From positions 1 to 55,266 of IMG/VR virus record IMGVR_UViG_3300008108_000110: DNA of 55,266 nt, one strand, 5' to 3'. Positions 33,782 through 43,214 of the stretch are shown here, in pieces; within the stretch, counting starts at the first letter, position 1, and every line of letters begins with the position of its first letter. Under the pieces are notes generated by a model. The model was not told the origin of the DNA. It searched no databases and worked only from the letters and a program-made list of their open reading frames with translations. The stretch is from a virus (Duplodnaviria; Caudoviricetes). The translations under genes and the position numbers were made by a program.

Positions 33782-36280
33782 TCAAGAGAAGAAAGATTCA
33801 AGAGATGCTGTTTTTTCAATTTGCCATCCAATAACATCCAAAATAGATTTAATTGGTTGAACAAAAGTTTTATCAAATTGTGTTTCGTAATCTACATAAC
33901 TATTCAATCCAAGTTCAGTTGGAAATTTTTGAATGAAAGTAATTACGTTTTCTCTTATTGGATTTGGCATTTTCAAATAACAATATTTGATCTTTTCTCC
34001 ATTTTTAATAAGAGAATACTTTTGAGTTAATTTTTTTTCTTTAATATAAAAATTATATAAAAGTGCCCCTCTAGAGTGAATCGGTGTCCCTTTAGAATAA
34101 ATTGAAGATGAAGATTTAAATTTATCTACATCCGATACAGTTCTCGGGAAAGAAATCTCCTCTGGGGTAAGATTATTAAATTGTTCTCTACACGATTCAA
34201 TAAATTTTATTACCGAATCTTCATCAGATCCCATAATTAATTCAAGAGTCGCTTTAATTTTTTTCCTACAAAATTCTGGTGTGGAAGACTTAATTGCCTC
34301 AATACCCATCATCTTAAGTTTTGGTTTTGTATATCGAACTCCTTCGGAATCCCAAACATTCAGAATATATCGCTTCTTAGCAATCCAAATTCCACGATCA
34401 GAAATATTCTCACGCTTCATTTGCATCTTCTGATCATATGCATTCACGTAGTCGGCCAATTCTTGGTAAGAACTTTCAATATATTTTTCAAGTTCCATTT
34501 TACAGACCTTATCAAGGAACGAAACAATGCTTTCAGTAGTTTTCTCTCGTTTTTTGAATATAATTTCAACCAAAGGACCCATATTAAGATAAATGGAATC
34601 AGTATCTGAAGCAATAACATAATCAACCTCTTGAGTTTTCAAAAGTTTGTTTAAGTATGTATTCATCTTATTTTCAATCCAACGAATAGCAACTTGACCA
34701 GAAAATGTAATTGCTTCTGCATTTGCTAATTTGTAGTAACGAAAATATTGATTACCAATAGCACCATAAGCGGAGTTCAAAGAAATCTTTTTTGCCATCT
34801 GGATATTATTGCAACGAGCAATCTCCTTTTCCAATTCTTTGGTAGGAGTTTTTTCATATGCTTTTTTTGCCTCAATCATTTTCTTTTTGAAAATGACTCG
34901 CTCATTATACATTTTTTCCATTAACTCTGGAAGAATTCCACGTTCGTCTTTGCGATACATGGCACCATTAGCACATACAGCATAATCTGAATACGATTCA
35001 AGATTAATCTGCTTCTCTAGAATTTTATCTACGGATACTGAAGGGTGACGTGTATCCATAAGAGTTTCTGGTGAGATGTTATACATCATAATCAGATGTG
35101 GATACAGTGAGTTCAAGTCAAAACTTACAACCCAATCGTAAATTCCAGGAATGGGCGCTTTTACATATGCACCTTTATATTTTTCATCTTTGGAGATTCC
35201 AGTTTCTTTTTCTGGAACAACAATGTTCTTTTTCCTCAGATAATTGTAGATGATAGTATCCCACATCCTAACTTGGAAAAATACATCCTCATAATTAACT
35301 TTTGCGTCATATGCCATAGTAATGGCAAGTTCAATCAATTTGATCTTATCCTCAATTCTATCAACGAGTTCTACGTCAATTTTATTATATTCTACAAAAG
35401 TATCCCAATCTTTAGTATAAAATTCCTTAAATGTATCATATTCAGTGTGATCAAGTTTCCTATCTCCAAGTTCCTCATACGCAACAGTATCAAGACGATA
35501 GTTTTCTGGATTTTTAAATGAATACTTTTTATAAAGATCAAGATAATCGAGAGTAGAAATACCAGAAAGTTCGTATGTGGTTTGAATTTCTCCACGAACT
35601 TCCGTCTGCTTTTCACGAATGAAATTCCAAGCAGTCAAACGCTTTGCAGATTTTTCTCCAAGAATCCTATTGATTCTCCTAACAATATATGGAATATCAT
35701 AAAATTCTACGTTCCATCCAGTGATAACTTCTGGAGTATTATTTGACCAATAATCCAAAAATGAATTTAAAAGATGTTGCTCATCGTTACACAAAATATA
35801 ACGATAGTTATCAAATTTCTTATTAAATGGTCTTGATCCCCAGGTAATAATTTCTTTAGTAGTATAATCTTGTATTGTAATAAGAAGAATTTCTTCATCA
35901 CAATTTTTTACATCAGGGAATCCGTTTTCTGATGCAACCTCAATATCAAGAGTAATTAATTTAATCTTACTAATGTCAAATTGGATTTCATCTTCAGGAT
36001 ATGTATCTGAAATGTATTGATAGATGGAGTTATCGTTACCATAAACATTAAATCCTTCTACATCTTTATACTTTTTAATAAACTCTCTAGTTTCTCTAAT
36101 AGTTCCAGGATTAATTGGTTTTACGTTATATGAATCTAGAGTTTTATATTCTGTTTTTTTATCTGTCTTCAGATATAGAGTTGGATGATATTGAATACGG
36201 TCTTTAAAGTGATTACCATTTTCGTATCCACGAACATAGATGTAATCACCAATCAATTTTACATTAGTGTACCAACGCAT
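33782..36280 (-). CDS. 43: family B DNA polymerase (T4 gp43)
   Basis: DIE exonuclease motif, DLNSLYP, KISLNSAYG, SDTDS, KKRY. Confidence 0.98.
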   Translation of the reverse strand: MRWYTNVKLIGDYIYVRGYENGNHFKDRIQYHPTLYLKTDKKTEYKTLDSYNVKPINPGTIRETREFIKKYKDVEGFNVYGNDNSIYQYISDTYPEDEIQFDISKIKLITLDIEVASENGFPDVKNCDEEILLITIQDYTTKEIITWGSRPFNKKFDNYRYILCNDEQHLLNSFLDYWSNNTPEVITGWNVEFYDIPYIVRRINRILGEKSAKRLTAWNFIREKQTEVRGEIQTTYELSGISTLDYLDLYKKYSFKNPENYRLDTVAYEELGDRKLDHTEYDTFKEFYTKDWDTFVEYNKIDVELVDRIEDKIKLIELAITMAYDAKVNYEDVFFQVRMWDTIIYNYLRKKNIVVPEKETGISKDEKYKGAYVKAPIPGIYDWVVSFDLNSLYPHLIMMYNISPETLMDTRHPSVSVDKILEKQINLESYSDYAVCANGAMYRKDERGILPELMEKMYNERVIFKKKMIEAKKAYEKTPTKELEKEIARCNNIQMAKKISLNSAYGAIGNQYFRYYKLANAEAITFSGQVAIRWIENKMNTYLNKLLKTQEVDYVIASDTDSIYLNMGPLVEIIFKKREKTTESIVSFLDKVCKMELEKYIESSYQELADYVNAYDQKMQMKRENISDRGIWIAKKRYILNVWDSEGVRYTKPKLKMMGIEAIKSSTPEFCRKKIKATLELIMGSDEDSVIKFIESCREQFNNLTPEEISFPRTVSDVDKFKSSSSIYSKGTPIHSRGALLYNFYIKEKKLTQKYSLIKNGEKIKYCYLKMPNPIRENVITFIQKFPTELGLNSYVDYETQFDKTFVQPIKSILDVIGWQIEKTASLESFFS

Positions 36281-36546
36281 TACTTAATAAGTGCCTCGTA
36301 TTTTTCAATAAGTGTAGGTTTGGGATCTGCAATTGTTAAAATTTTATCTGAATGAATCATATAATCCTTCTGACTTGTATAACTGATCATCCAAGGTTCC
36401 ATTGTAATTGATGCACTTTCATTTTTTGAATCAATTAAAAGGTATGGATCAATTAATTTACAGTCGGGTTCTCCTAATTCAGATTGAACTTCTTCAATTT
36501 TCGAGATTAAAAGTTCCTTCGTACAGAGATGAATTATTTTTATCAT
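36280..36546 (-). CDS. small hypothetical protein
   Basis: LIS.IEE...ELGEPDCKL..P, HSDKILTIADP. Confidence 0.75.
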   Translation of the reverse strand: MIKIIHLCTKELLISKIEEVQSELGEPDCKLIDPYLLIDSKNESASITMEPWMISYTSQKDYMIHSDKILTIADPKPTLIEKYEALIK

Positions 36547-36844
36547 CATTTGTGTCCTCTTTTTTTAAGATGTCATTTATATAGAGAGATTGCAATTTTT
36601 CAATTGGATCAACTAAAGTAATAACCCAATCTAAAGTAACTGGAACTTTAGTATCTGAAGAAAGTGGTATCCAAGAAGACAGAGAAATTTCAAATGAAGA
36701 TGTATCACCTTCCGTATTTTTTCTCAATTTTACTGTGCAAGGTTTATTGAAAAAATATCCTACTACCCTGCCATCAATAACCATTTCTTGAACGTCAGAT
36801 ATAACGTCTTCTCCAGATTTAAGTAAAGCTAATTTTATGGTCAT
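36494..36844 (-). CDS. small Sm-like hypothetical protein
   Basis: LLKSGEDVISD...W.PLS...DWVITLVDP. Confidence 0.75.
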   Translation of the reverse strand: MTIKLALLKSGEDVISDVQEMVIDGRVVGYFFNKPCTVKLRKNTEGDTSSFEISLSSWIPLSSDTKVPVTLDWVITLVDPIEKLQSLYINDILKKEDTNDDKNNSSLYEGTFNLEN

Positions 36845-36877
36845 TGCTACTATTCATTTCATTAAAAGTTTAGCAAG

Positions 36878-36947
36878 AAAAATGGGAGGCGTCAACTGGA
36901 TTTTGCCAGTTGCCTCCCTGCGCCGACGATATTCAGATCTATTTATA
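36878..36947 (-). promoter_or_regulatory. late promoter, terminator-like hairpin and overlapping sigma70 -35 box
   Basis: TATAAATA at 36940-36947; GGGAGGCAACTGG/CCAGTTG..GCCTCCC hairpin; TTGACG-17 nt-TAAACT. Confidence 0.6.
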
Positions 36948-37383
36948 GATAGTCCTTACGCTTATGATGGTCTGGAACAATCCTACCGAGAGTAATATTC
37001 AAAAGCCCATCCTCAAAAGTAACTGATCTAACTTCCGTATCATCAGAGAGCGTCCACGCTCTCTTAAAGCTCCGTTGAGCCAAACCTTTGTGGAGATAGT
37101 TGGACTCCGTTTCTTTATCTTCTTTTTGGCCCTCCACAAAGAGTTTTCCATCTTGCGTGTAGACATAAACCTCCTTCTTTTTAAATCCAGCAAGAGCAAG
37201 TTCAAGTCTTGATTCCACATTACTGACTTGAACGAGGTTATATGGTGGATAGTTTGTAGTGGTTTCGTGCAGATGGAAAAGGCGATCAAAATACTCATCC
37301 ATTCCAATACTATATTTGTTGATCCTCTCCATCAAAGCAGGAAGATCAGCAGAATTAAACCTTGATGTTGCAAGATTAGTCAT
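36943..37383 (-). CDS. hsp20: small heat shock protein Hsp20
   Basis: NYPPYN, LELALAGF, YLHKGLAQRSF.R, FEDGLL. Confidence 0.96.
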   Translation of the reverse strand: MTNLATSRFNSADLPALMERINKYSIGMDEYFDRLFHLHETTTNYPPYNLVQVSNVESRLELALAGFKKKEVYVYTQDGKLFVEGQKEDKETESNYLHKGLAQRSFKRAWTLSDDTEVRSVTFEDGLLNITLGRIVPDHHKRKDYL

Positions 37384-37458
37384 TATTGTAGCTCCTTTAA
37401 AAGCGAGTTTGTGTTGTGTGGACCCTTACGGCATCCATTACTAATTATACAAGAAACG

Positions 37459-37537
37459 AAAAAGAGAGGAGCGGTAAAAACCGAACCTCTCTTTAGGGTG
37501 TTCCGACTTTCGTAGAGACCGCACGAAAGGTCTCATA
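37459..37537 (-). ncRNA. candidate late small RNA (pseudoknot/bistable module plus terminator)
   Basis: AATAAATA at 37540-37547; GAGACC/GGTCTC and TTTCGT/ACGAAA pairings; AAAGAGAGG..CCTCTCTTTTT terminator. Confidence 0.55.
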
Positions 37538-37542
37538 CTTAT

Positions 37543-37983
37543 TTATTCAGATTCTTGAACTTTCTTTTTAGCACCAATATTATATTTCTGTTCGAGTTCC
37601 CAATCAGATTTTTCTTTATATGCAATCACTTTAATTTGATTGAGTGGAGCAATATCGGAAATTTTATCTTGATTTACAACAGTAACCAGTCCCCAATCTG
37701 CGAGGAGACGAATAATTCGGTTACGTCTTTGAACATCATTTACAGTAAGATTAGCGTGTTTGCCATCTAAAGCAAAGAGTTCTTTAAAATGAGTAATATA
37801 ATATCTTCCTTGTTTATGAAGAATATGAGCACTTTGATAGAGCTTTTTCTCTTTTCTTGATGCTACTCCGATGCGAGTCAAAGTTTCACGAACTTTCAAA
37901 AAATCATCGGGCTCATTCAGAATGACCTCCACCATCATATCGGGAGACCAATTTACTTGTGGTTCAATTGTTTGGTTAGTCAT
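37543..37983 (-). CDS. regA: translational repressor RegA
   Basis: PDDFLKVRETLTRIG, LYQS.HILHKQG.YYI.HFKEL. Confidence 0.96.
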   Translation of the reverse strand: MTNQTIEPQVNWSPDMMVEVILNEPDDFLKVRETLTRIGVASRKEKKLYQSAHILHKQGRYYITHFKELFALDGKHANLTVNDVQRRNRIIRLLADWGLVTVVNQDKISDIAPLNQIKVIAYKEKSDWELEQKYNIGAKKKVQESE

Positions 37984-38357
37984 TTCGTTCCGCCAGTTTC
38001 AAGTCTTTGTTTTATAAAATTTAGTTGTGTTTTATTTAGTATTTTCAAAGCCTGAAATGCTTTCTCATTACTATAACCATAGTATTGTTTAACGCATTCT
38101 AAATCTTTGACTTTATCTTTTCGGATCCAGGGAGAAAATCTCTTTCGTTTCCTAAGACTATTTAGATAAAACAAATATTGCATATCTTTATCTAAATGAG
38201 AATTCATATTCATTTCATTCGCAAAAAGAATACAATCGATGTGACCAGATAAACAACGATTAATAACATACGGAGCATATTCTCTAATCGTTGATGGATC
38301 TTCTATCAAATTTTCTTTTGTCAAATTAATCGAGTTTAACCAATCCTTCAATTCCAT
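37980..38357 (-). CDS. 62: clamp loader small subunit (T4 gp62)
   Basis: Y.P..INR.LS...D....ANEMN, YYGYS..KA; start at MELKDWL. Confidence 0.92.
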   Translation of the reverse strand: MELKDWLNSINLTKENLIEDPSTIREYAPYVINRCLSGHIDCILFANEMNMNSHLDKDMQYLFYLNSLRKRKRFSPWIRKDKVKDLECVKQYYGYSNEKAFQALKILNKTQLNFIKQRLETGGTK

Positions 38358-39174
38358 AATTAAAAAGCAGAAGTTCTTTACGTTGTTTTTGCTCACGCAT
38401 ATATTCTCCAACCGAACGCATCGTATAAGTGAGATCAAACTCAGCAGCGTTCCAGTCTTTAAACCTATCTTTCACAAGTTGATCCGAGTTATAACTTACC
38501 AGCATATCCATATCGTTAGAATCGCAATCAGCAGCAAACTTATCGTGATCAAATCCTTTATGCATTGATCCCTTGTTCCCATAGAGATTATCCTTAATAT
38601 CATAAGGAGGATCGAGATACATAAAAGCACCCTTGTTTCCATCCATCAGATAATCATAGGAGTAATTAGTTATACGCCACTTAGAAATTAACGCAGAATA
38701 CGCAGGCAGTTTTTCGATCCCGCGCATAGAGAAGTTGGAATTCGATGCTTGCTCTGAAAATGATGAACTCTCTGTGAGACCACTGAAACTACACTTATTG
38801 ACAACATAGAAAGCCACAGCACGATCAATACTGGGCAGAGTTTGGTCATTGACCTTCTCCTTAGAAACTAGAAAAAGTTGTCTTGCTTTATCAGGTGTAT
38901 TACAAGTACTTTTAAGAGTAGAAAGAGCATTAGACAATTCACTACCAAACATCTGGAGTTGTTGCCAGAAATTTACAAGTGGTTCATAAAGATCATTTAC
39001 CCAAATATCTAGGTTAGGATGCTTCTTAGTGACATAAATCGCAACACTTCCACCACCAAGAAATGGTTCTCGGAACTCATCATAATTGCGAAGATCGGGA
39101 AAATAAGGATCCATCTTAACGCAAGCACGAGACTTACCACCAGGATAACGAAGAGGGGTTTTAAGGGATTTCAT
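38326..39174 (-). CDS. dam: Dam-like DNA adenine methyltransferase
   Basis: PLRYPGGKS, EPFLGGGSV, ND, YLDPPY. Confidence 0.93.
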   Translation of the reverse strand: MKSLKTPLRYPGGKSRACVKMDPYFPDLRNYDEFREPFLGGGSVAIYVTKKHPNLDIWVNDLYEPLVNFWQQLQMFGSELSNALSTLKSTCNTPDKARQLFLVSKEKVNDQTLPSIDRAVAFYVVNKCSFSGLTESSSFSEQASNSNFSMRGIEKLPAYSALISKWRITNYSYDYLMDGNKGAFMYLDPPYDIKDNLYGNKGSMHKGFDHDKFAADCDSNDMDMLVSYNSDQLVKDRFKDWNAAEFDLTYTMRSVGEYMREQKQRKELLLFNYGIEGLVKLD

Positions 39175-39716
39175 CAGAGAATCTCCAAAAGATTGTCAAG
39201 AATTTCAGCAGAACTAATATTCTTTTTTGCTGGTTTTACATTAACTGCCAACATTTTATAGTCGCCATTTTCCAATTTAAAAGTTGCGCCTGCTCCATCA
39301 CATTCTGTACGAGAATAAACAGTATCCCAATCAGTATATCCAATACTCATATTTTTAGTATCAACAAGAATCATGTATTCAAATGTTTTTTGAATATTTT
39401 CCTTTTTTAATTTTTTAATTTTATTCTTACCTGGTCGTTTGTTGATGAGAACTACTCGCTTACAACTTCCATTTTTATTAAAAAGACCCAAAGATCCTTT
39501 CATTTCATAATTTACTTTATCCGTAGAAATAAAATCTACTCCATCCATAAAATCACCAACATACTCTACTTGCCCACTACTCCATTTTGCAAAGGATTTT
39601 TCTTGCAACCAAGTTCGTAGTGTTTTAAATGCATTGGATTTCATTTGAGTTGTATTAGTTGCTTCAACACAACCAAAAAACTGTTCAAGATTAATTTTAT
39701 CAAAATTAAGTTTCAT
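39174..39716 (-). CDS. hypothetical protein, putative PD-(D/E)XK nuclease
   Basis: E...GVDF......YEMK; TGATG coupling to dam. Confidence 0.5.
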   Translation of the reverse strand: MKLNFDKINLEQFFGCVEATNTTQMKSNAFKTLRTWLQEKSFAKWSSGQVEYVGDFMDGVDFISTDKVNYEMKGSLGLFNKNGSCKRVVLINKRPGKNKIKKLKKENIQKTFEYMILVDTKNMSIGYTDWDTVYSRTECDGAGATFKLENGDYKMLAVNVKPAKKNISSAEILDNLLEIL

Positions 39717-39737
39717 AATTAAAAAGTTAAAATAAAG

Positions 39738-39950
39738 TTATTCGAATTCAGAAGTTTTATTGGATACTTGTTTAATAGGAGTTTCGTAAGGAACAATACA
39801 AGATACTGTTATTGCAGTGGATTTTGTTGCTTCTGCCATCTTACGATATCCAGTTCCAACATAAACTTGACCACCAACTACGGCAACTGCCATAGCACCC
39901 CAAAAAATATAATACCATTGAGATTTTATTTGATGTCTGATGTTTTTCAT
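39738..39950 (-). CDS. small membrane protein
   Basis: WYYIFWGAMAVAVVGGQVYVG TM segment. Confidence 0.7.
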   Translation of the reverse strand: MKNIRHQIKSQWYYIFWGAMAVAVVGGQVYVGTGYRKMAEATKSTAITVSCIVPYETPIKQVSNKTSEFE

Positions 39951-40549
39951 ATATCTAAATTAAAAGAAAAAGTCATTCTCATTTGATTTGTTGAATCAGA
40001 TTCTGGAACATAATGCATTAAATGTGGAGGAAATAATACTATGTCTCCACTATCAACAAAAGGATACCATTCTTGATAATAGAATTCCTTTAAATTGCTT
40101 TCTTGTTGATTAGGAAAGAGTTGTGTTCTCCACAAATGCGAATCTCTTACAAAGACTGTAGAAGAAGTTGTTCTATAATAATAGATTCCAGACCAATATG
40201 GATTATTACGCCCGCAAGATCCAAAATGTGAGTGAAGTTCTTGTCCCTGATTTTCATAATAAACGTTATACCAAAACTCTATAAAGTTAGAAAAATGTGG
40301 TATTTTTAATTCATCAAATTGTTTATTGATGCAATCTTGCAAATCTTTTTTTAGGTCATCTCTAGTTCTTGCATTTATATACTTATCGTCATCTAAAATA
40401 TTTGGAAAAGTAGTATATAAATCATTTACCCATTCATTTGGTTTATTTGTAGATTTGGGTATATTTGGAAAATTATATTTTGAATGTTTATCAAATTTAA
40501 ACTGAATTACTGGAGTTGAAAAAACGTGATGTATTTTCAGTTCTGTCAT
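39947..40549 (-). CDS. putative 2OG-Fe(II) oxygenase
   Basis: W.N......Q..HSH, WSGIYY, GDIVLFP..L.H.V, R.T.SFN. Confidence 0.85.
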   Translation of the reverse strand: MTELKIHHVFSTPVIQFKFDKHSKYNFPNIPKSTNKPNEWVNDLYTTFPNILDDDKYINARTRDDLKKDLQDCINKQFDELKIPHFSNFIEFWYNVYYENQGQELHSHFGSCGRNNPYWSGIYYYRTTSSTVFVRDSHLWRTQLFPNQQESNLKEFYYQEWYPFVDSGDIVLFPPHLMHYVPESDSTNQMRMTFSFNLDI

Positions 40550-41490
40550 TTAAACTCACACTCACACATAATTTCAGTTAATGCTGCTAGGAGGTTAATT
40601 TCCTGATCAGCCACGAACGCACATTGGTATTGATACTTAGCAATAACAAGAACGGCAGCAGGGATAGATTGGGGAAGTAAGCAATCATAAAAGGCGTCAT
40701 AAATCCTGCGAAGAAGACTAGAAGCATCGTTGTCCAAGTTGGAGACCACCCACTTTCGTACTTCTGAGAAATTTTTATCTTTAAGATTTTTGATAAGTTC
40801 ATTTACAGAGATGTCTGAGAAAGATGCAAGAATACCAGAGTCAATTTTACCACCAGTAGAGTATCGTTGAATTTCATTTAAGACTCTACGGAAGTCTGGG
40901 AAATGTTTTGATACAAGTTCTGCAACGACTTTTTCATCATATTCAATCTTTTCTGCACCCAAGATTGTTTGAAGTCGTTGAAAGAAACTTCCTGCAAGTT
41001 GAACTCTTTGCTTCCCTTTGATGGTGAAGTCGATAACTGCACAACGGGAGTGAAGAGGTTCAATAATTTTGTTCTTGTAGTTACAGGTGAAGATGAATCG
41101 GCAGTTGTTATAAAATGCCTCAATATTCGCCCGTAGTAGGAGTTGTACGTCGTTCCCCGTGTTATCCGCCTCATCGATGATGATGACTTTGTGTTTAGAA
41201 GATCCCGTAAGTGAAACGGTCGAAGCGAAGTTCTTTGCTTGGTTCCGTACAGTATCCAAGAAACGTCCTTCGTCGGATCCATTGATGACATAATAATCTG
41301 CCCCCAGTTCATTACATAATGCTTTTGCAATAGTGGTTTTGCCAATACCAGGAGGTCCTGCAAGAAGAAGATTTGGGATCTCTCCTTTCTCTACAAACTC
41401 CTTAAATGTTTTTTTAGTTTCATCAGGAAGAATACAGTCATCAATTACTTGAGGACGGTATTTCTCCACAAAAAGAAATTCACTTGTCAT
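40546..41490 (-). CDS. 44: clamp loader large subunit (T4 gp44)
   Basis: EKYRP, GPPGIGKT, IIDEAD, HSRC, PDFRR. Confidence 0.97.
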   Translation of the reverse strand: MTSEFLFVEKYRPQVIDDCILPDETKKTFKEFVEKGEIPNLLLAGPPGIGKTTIAKALCNELGADYYVINGSDEGRFLDTVRNQAKNFASTVSLTGSSKHKVIIIDEADNTGNDVQLLLRANIEAFYNNCRFIFTCNYKNKIIEPLHSRCAVIDFTIKGKQRVQLAGSFFQRLQTILGAEKIEYDEKVVAELVSKHFPDFRRVLNEIQRYSTGGKIDSGILASFSDISVNELIKNLKDKNFSEVRKWVVSNLDNDASSLLRRIYDAFYDCLLPQSIPAAVLVIAKYQYQCAFVADQEINLLAALTEIMCECEFK

Positions 41491-41492
41491 AA

Positions 41493-42005
41493 TCAAATCC
41501 AATCAGGTTTTCTTTGGGGCATACGGAGGTAATTATCAGCGACCCAAGGTTTGGATGCGATATATTTCTTGTATGCTTCAAATGTATCAATAGTGTCGTC
41601 AAACTTCCATTCCTCAGGCATAGCACGAGCAAATGGAGTCACTTCTGTAATCTTACCCTTGGGAAACAAATAGTATGCATCAACAAGAGTCTTGTAGCAA
41701 GAGTGAGTTTTATTATACCGCAGGCAGTATTCATCAGACAAGTTCAATCCCCACTTGATCAACCAGTAGGCATTATGGATACTCTCCATTGCCCACTTGG
41801 TACAAGGATGATTGCGGAATGCTCCTTTTTCGGTTTTGTAAGGTGTTCCATCTGCCTTAGGGAGAGTACCATACCCGTGTCCCCACTTGTCTGAAGCAAC
41901 GATAGAGAGCATTTGACAGCACTCTAGAGGCATCTTGACAATATGTTTGTCGGGAAGGCAAATGGCACTCTCAGCGGGCCAAGGAGAAGTAACAAAGATG
42001 TTCAT
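41493..42005 (-). CDS. pyrimidine dimer DNA glycosylase (DenV)-like protein
   Basis: MNIF......SA...DKHIVKMPLE..QMLS, NHPCT.W, F.RAMP. Confidence 0.7.
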   Translation of the reverse strand: MNIFVTSPWPAESAICLPDKHIVKMPLECCQMLSIVASDKWGHGYGTLPKADGTPYKTEKGAFRNHPCTKWAMESIHNAYWLIKWGLNLSDEYCLRYNKTHSCYKTLVDAYYLFPKGKITEVTPFARAMPEEWKFDDTIDTFEAYKKYIASKPWVADNYLRMPQRKPDWI

Positions 42006-42670
42006 CAACCAAAAGTAGAATCAGGTTCCAGAGCAATATGATAGGTCACATTAAATCCAGTATTCTTGAATCGTGACAAAAGTTTAGAAGAAATCACGAC
42101 CTCATAGTTTCCAGGAATAATCTTGATGTTTTCCACCTTAAAGTTGAAAGTAAATACTTCATCGGTCTCACCAACAACCACAGAGAAGTCATTAGAGGTA
42201 TCGTTTTTCTTATCACGAACAACCAGTTTCACCACACCTGCTTCACCAACCACAGACAGGTCAGGAAGTTGATAAACAGCAGCAGCTTTAAGAAGTTTAT
42301 CTAATTCTTTAGTATCAAGAAGGAAACAAACATCTTCACTTGGAAGAACAATATCTTTATCAGGAGGAGTAACAATTACATTGGGATCAGCAAAGAAATA
42401 TTTGGAACGAGATTTACCTTCTTTGATGACAACATAATTATCATTCTGAAAGTCCAGTTCTGCATTTTGGTGAAGATTGAGTCCATTCAGAAATTGATTT
42501 AGATCATAAATTCCAAAATCCTTAGGAAGTTCTTCTTCGATCGTTGCCTCTGCAAGAATATTCTTCATCACAGAAATAGTACGAAGAGAATTTCCTTGCT
42601 TGAACAGAATGGATTGATTAATAGAAGAAAAATTCTTCAAAAGAGTCAGAGTTTTATCAGAAAGTTTCAT
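42005..42670 (-). CDS. 45: sliding clamp (T4 gp45)
   Basis: MKLS..T...LKNFSSINQSI, FGIYDLNQFL. Confidence 0.96.
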   Translation of the reverse strand: MKLSDKTLTLLKNFSSINQSILFKQGNSLRTISVMKNILAEATIEEELPKDFGIYDLNQFLNGLNLHQNAELDFQNDNYVVIKEGKSRSKYFFADPNVIVTPPDKDIVLPSEDVCFLLDTKELDKLLKAAAVYQLPDLSVVGEAGVVKLVVRDKKNDTSNDFSVVVGETDEVFTFNFKVENIKIIPGNYEVVISSKLLSRFKNTGFNVTYHIALEPDSTFG

Positions 42671-43158
42671 CACTTATTCTCAATAAGGTTAAGATGATTG
42701 ATCAGAAGAATAGTGTAATGTAGGACTTTAAAAAGATCAGCACGAGGAGTCCCCTTTGTATCGTACCGATCAATATACTTGGTTACATTACCTGCACAAA
42801 ATCCTTCACGACGATTGTGTTTGATCTTATCAAGAGTTTGTTCTTTACCACCACCAGTTCGATCAACATAATGTTGGCGATAAGTACTTGCGATGTACTC
42901 TTCAAGTTGCTTCAGGATTTTATCTTCATTATATTTCCAAAATCCGTTTTTGTTTGTATCTTCGGGCATAGTAAAATTAAAATTAATAGTATCAGGAGAA
43001 GAACAAGGATTACCAGTCAGACTAATTCCATCGTAGTTCCAAAAATCTTGAGATCCAACATAACTAATGGTATCAGATCCAGTAGAACCAGAAATTACGG
43101 TAAAATTATTTGAACTTGGAATTGAGTTTTGATAAGTGCTTTCAAAATTTTCAGACAT
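42670..43158 (-). CDS. conserved T4-like hypothetical protein (DUF3310-like C-terminus)
   Basis: KYNED.IL.....YI..TY.QHY, F..GN..KY..RY..KG...DL.K..HY. Confidence 0.7.
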   Translation of the reverse strand: MSENFESTYQNSIPSSNNFTVISGSTGSDTISYVGSQDFWNYDGISLTGNPCSSPDTINFNFTMPEDTNKNGFWKYNEDKILKQLEEYIASTYRQHYVDRTGGGKEQTLDKIKHNRREGFCAGNVTKYIDRYDTKGTPRADLFKVLHYTILLINHLNLIENK

Positions 43159-43214
43159 TTTGTTTCATAGTAAAGGACAAAAAGAGGAGGCACTCTTTAC
43201 CTCCCCATATTCTA

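Noticed and set aside
19778-36280. Introns or inteins in nrdA, nrdB, gp41, uvsX or gp43
   Set aside because: All are continuous ORFs of typical length with no intein motifs
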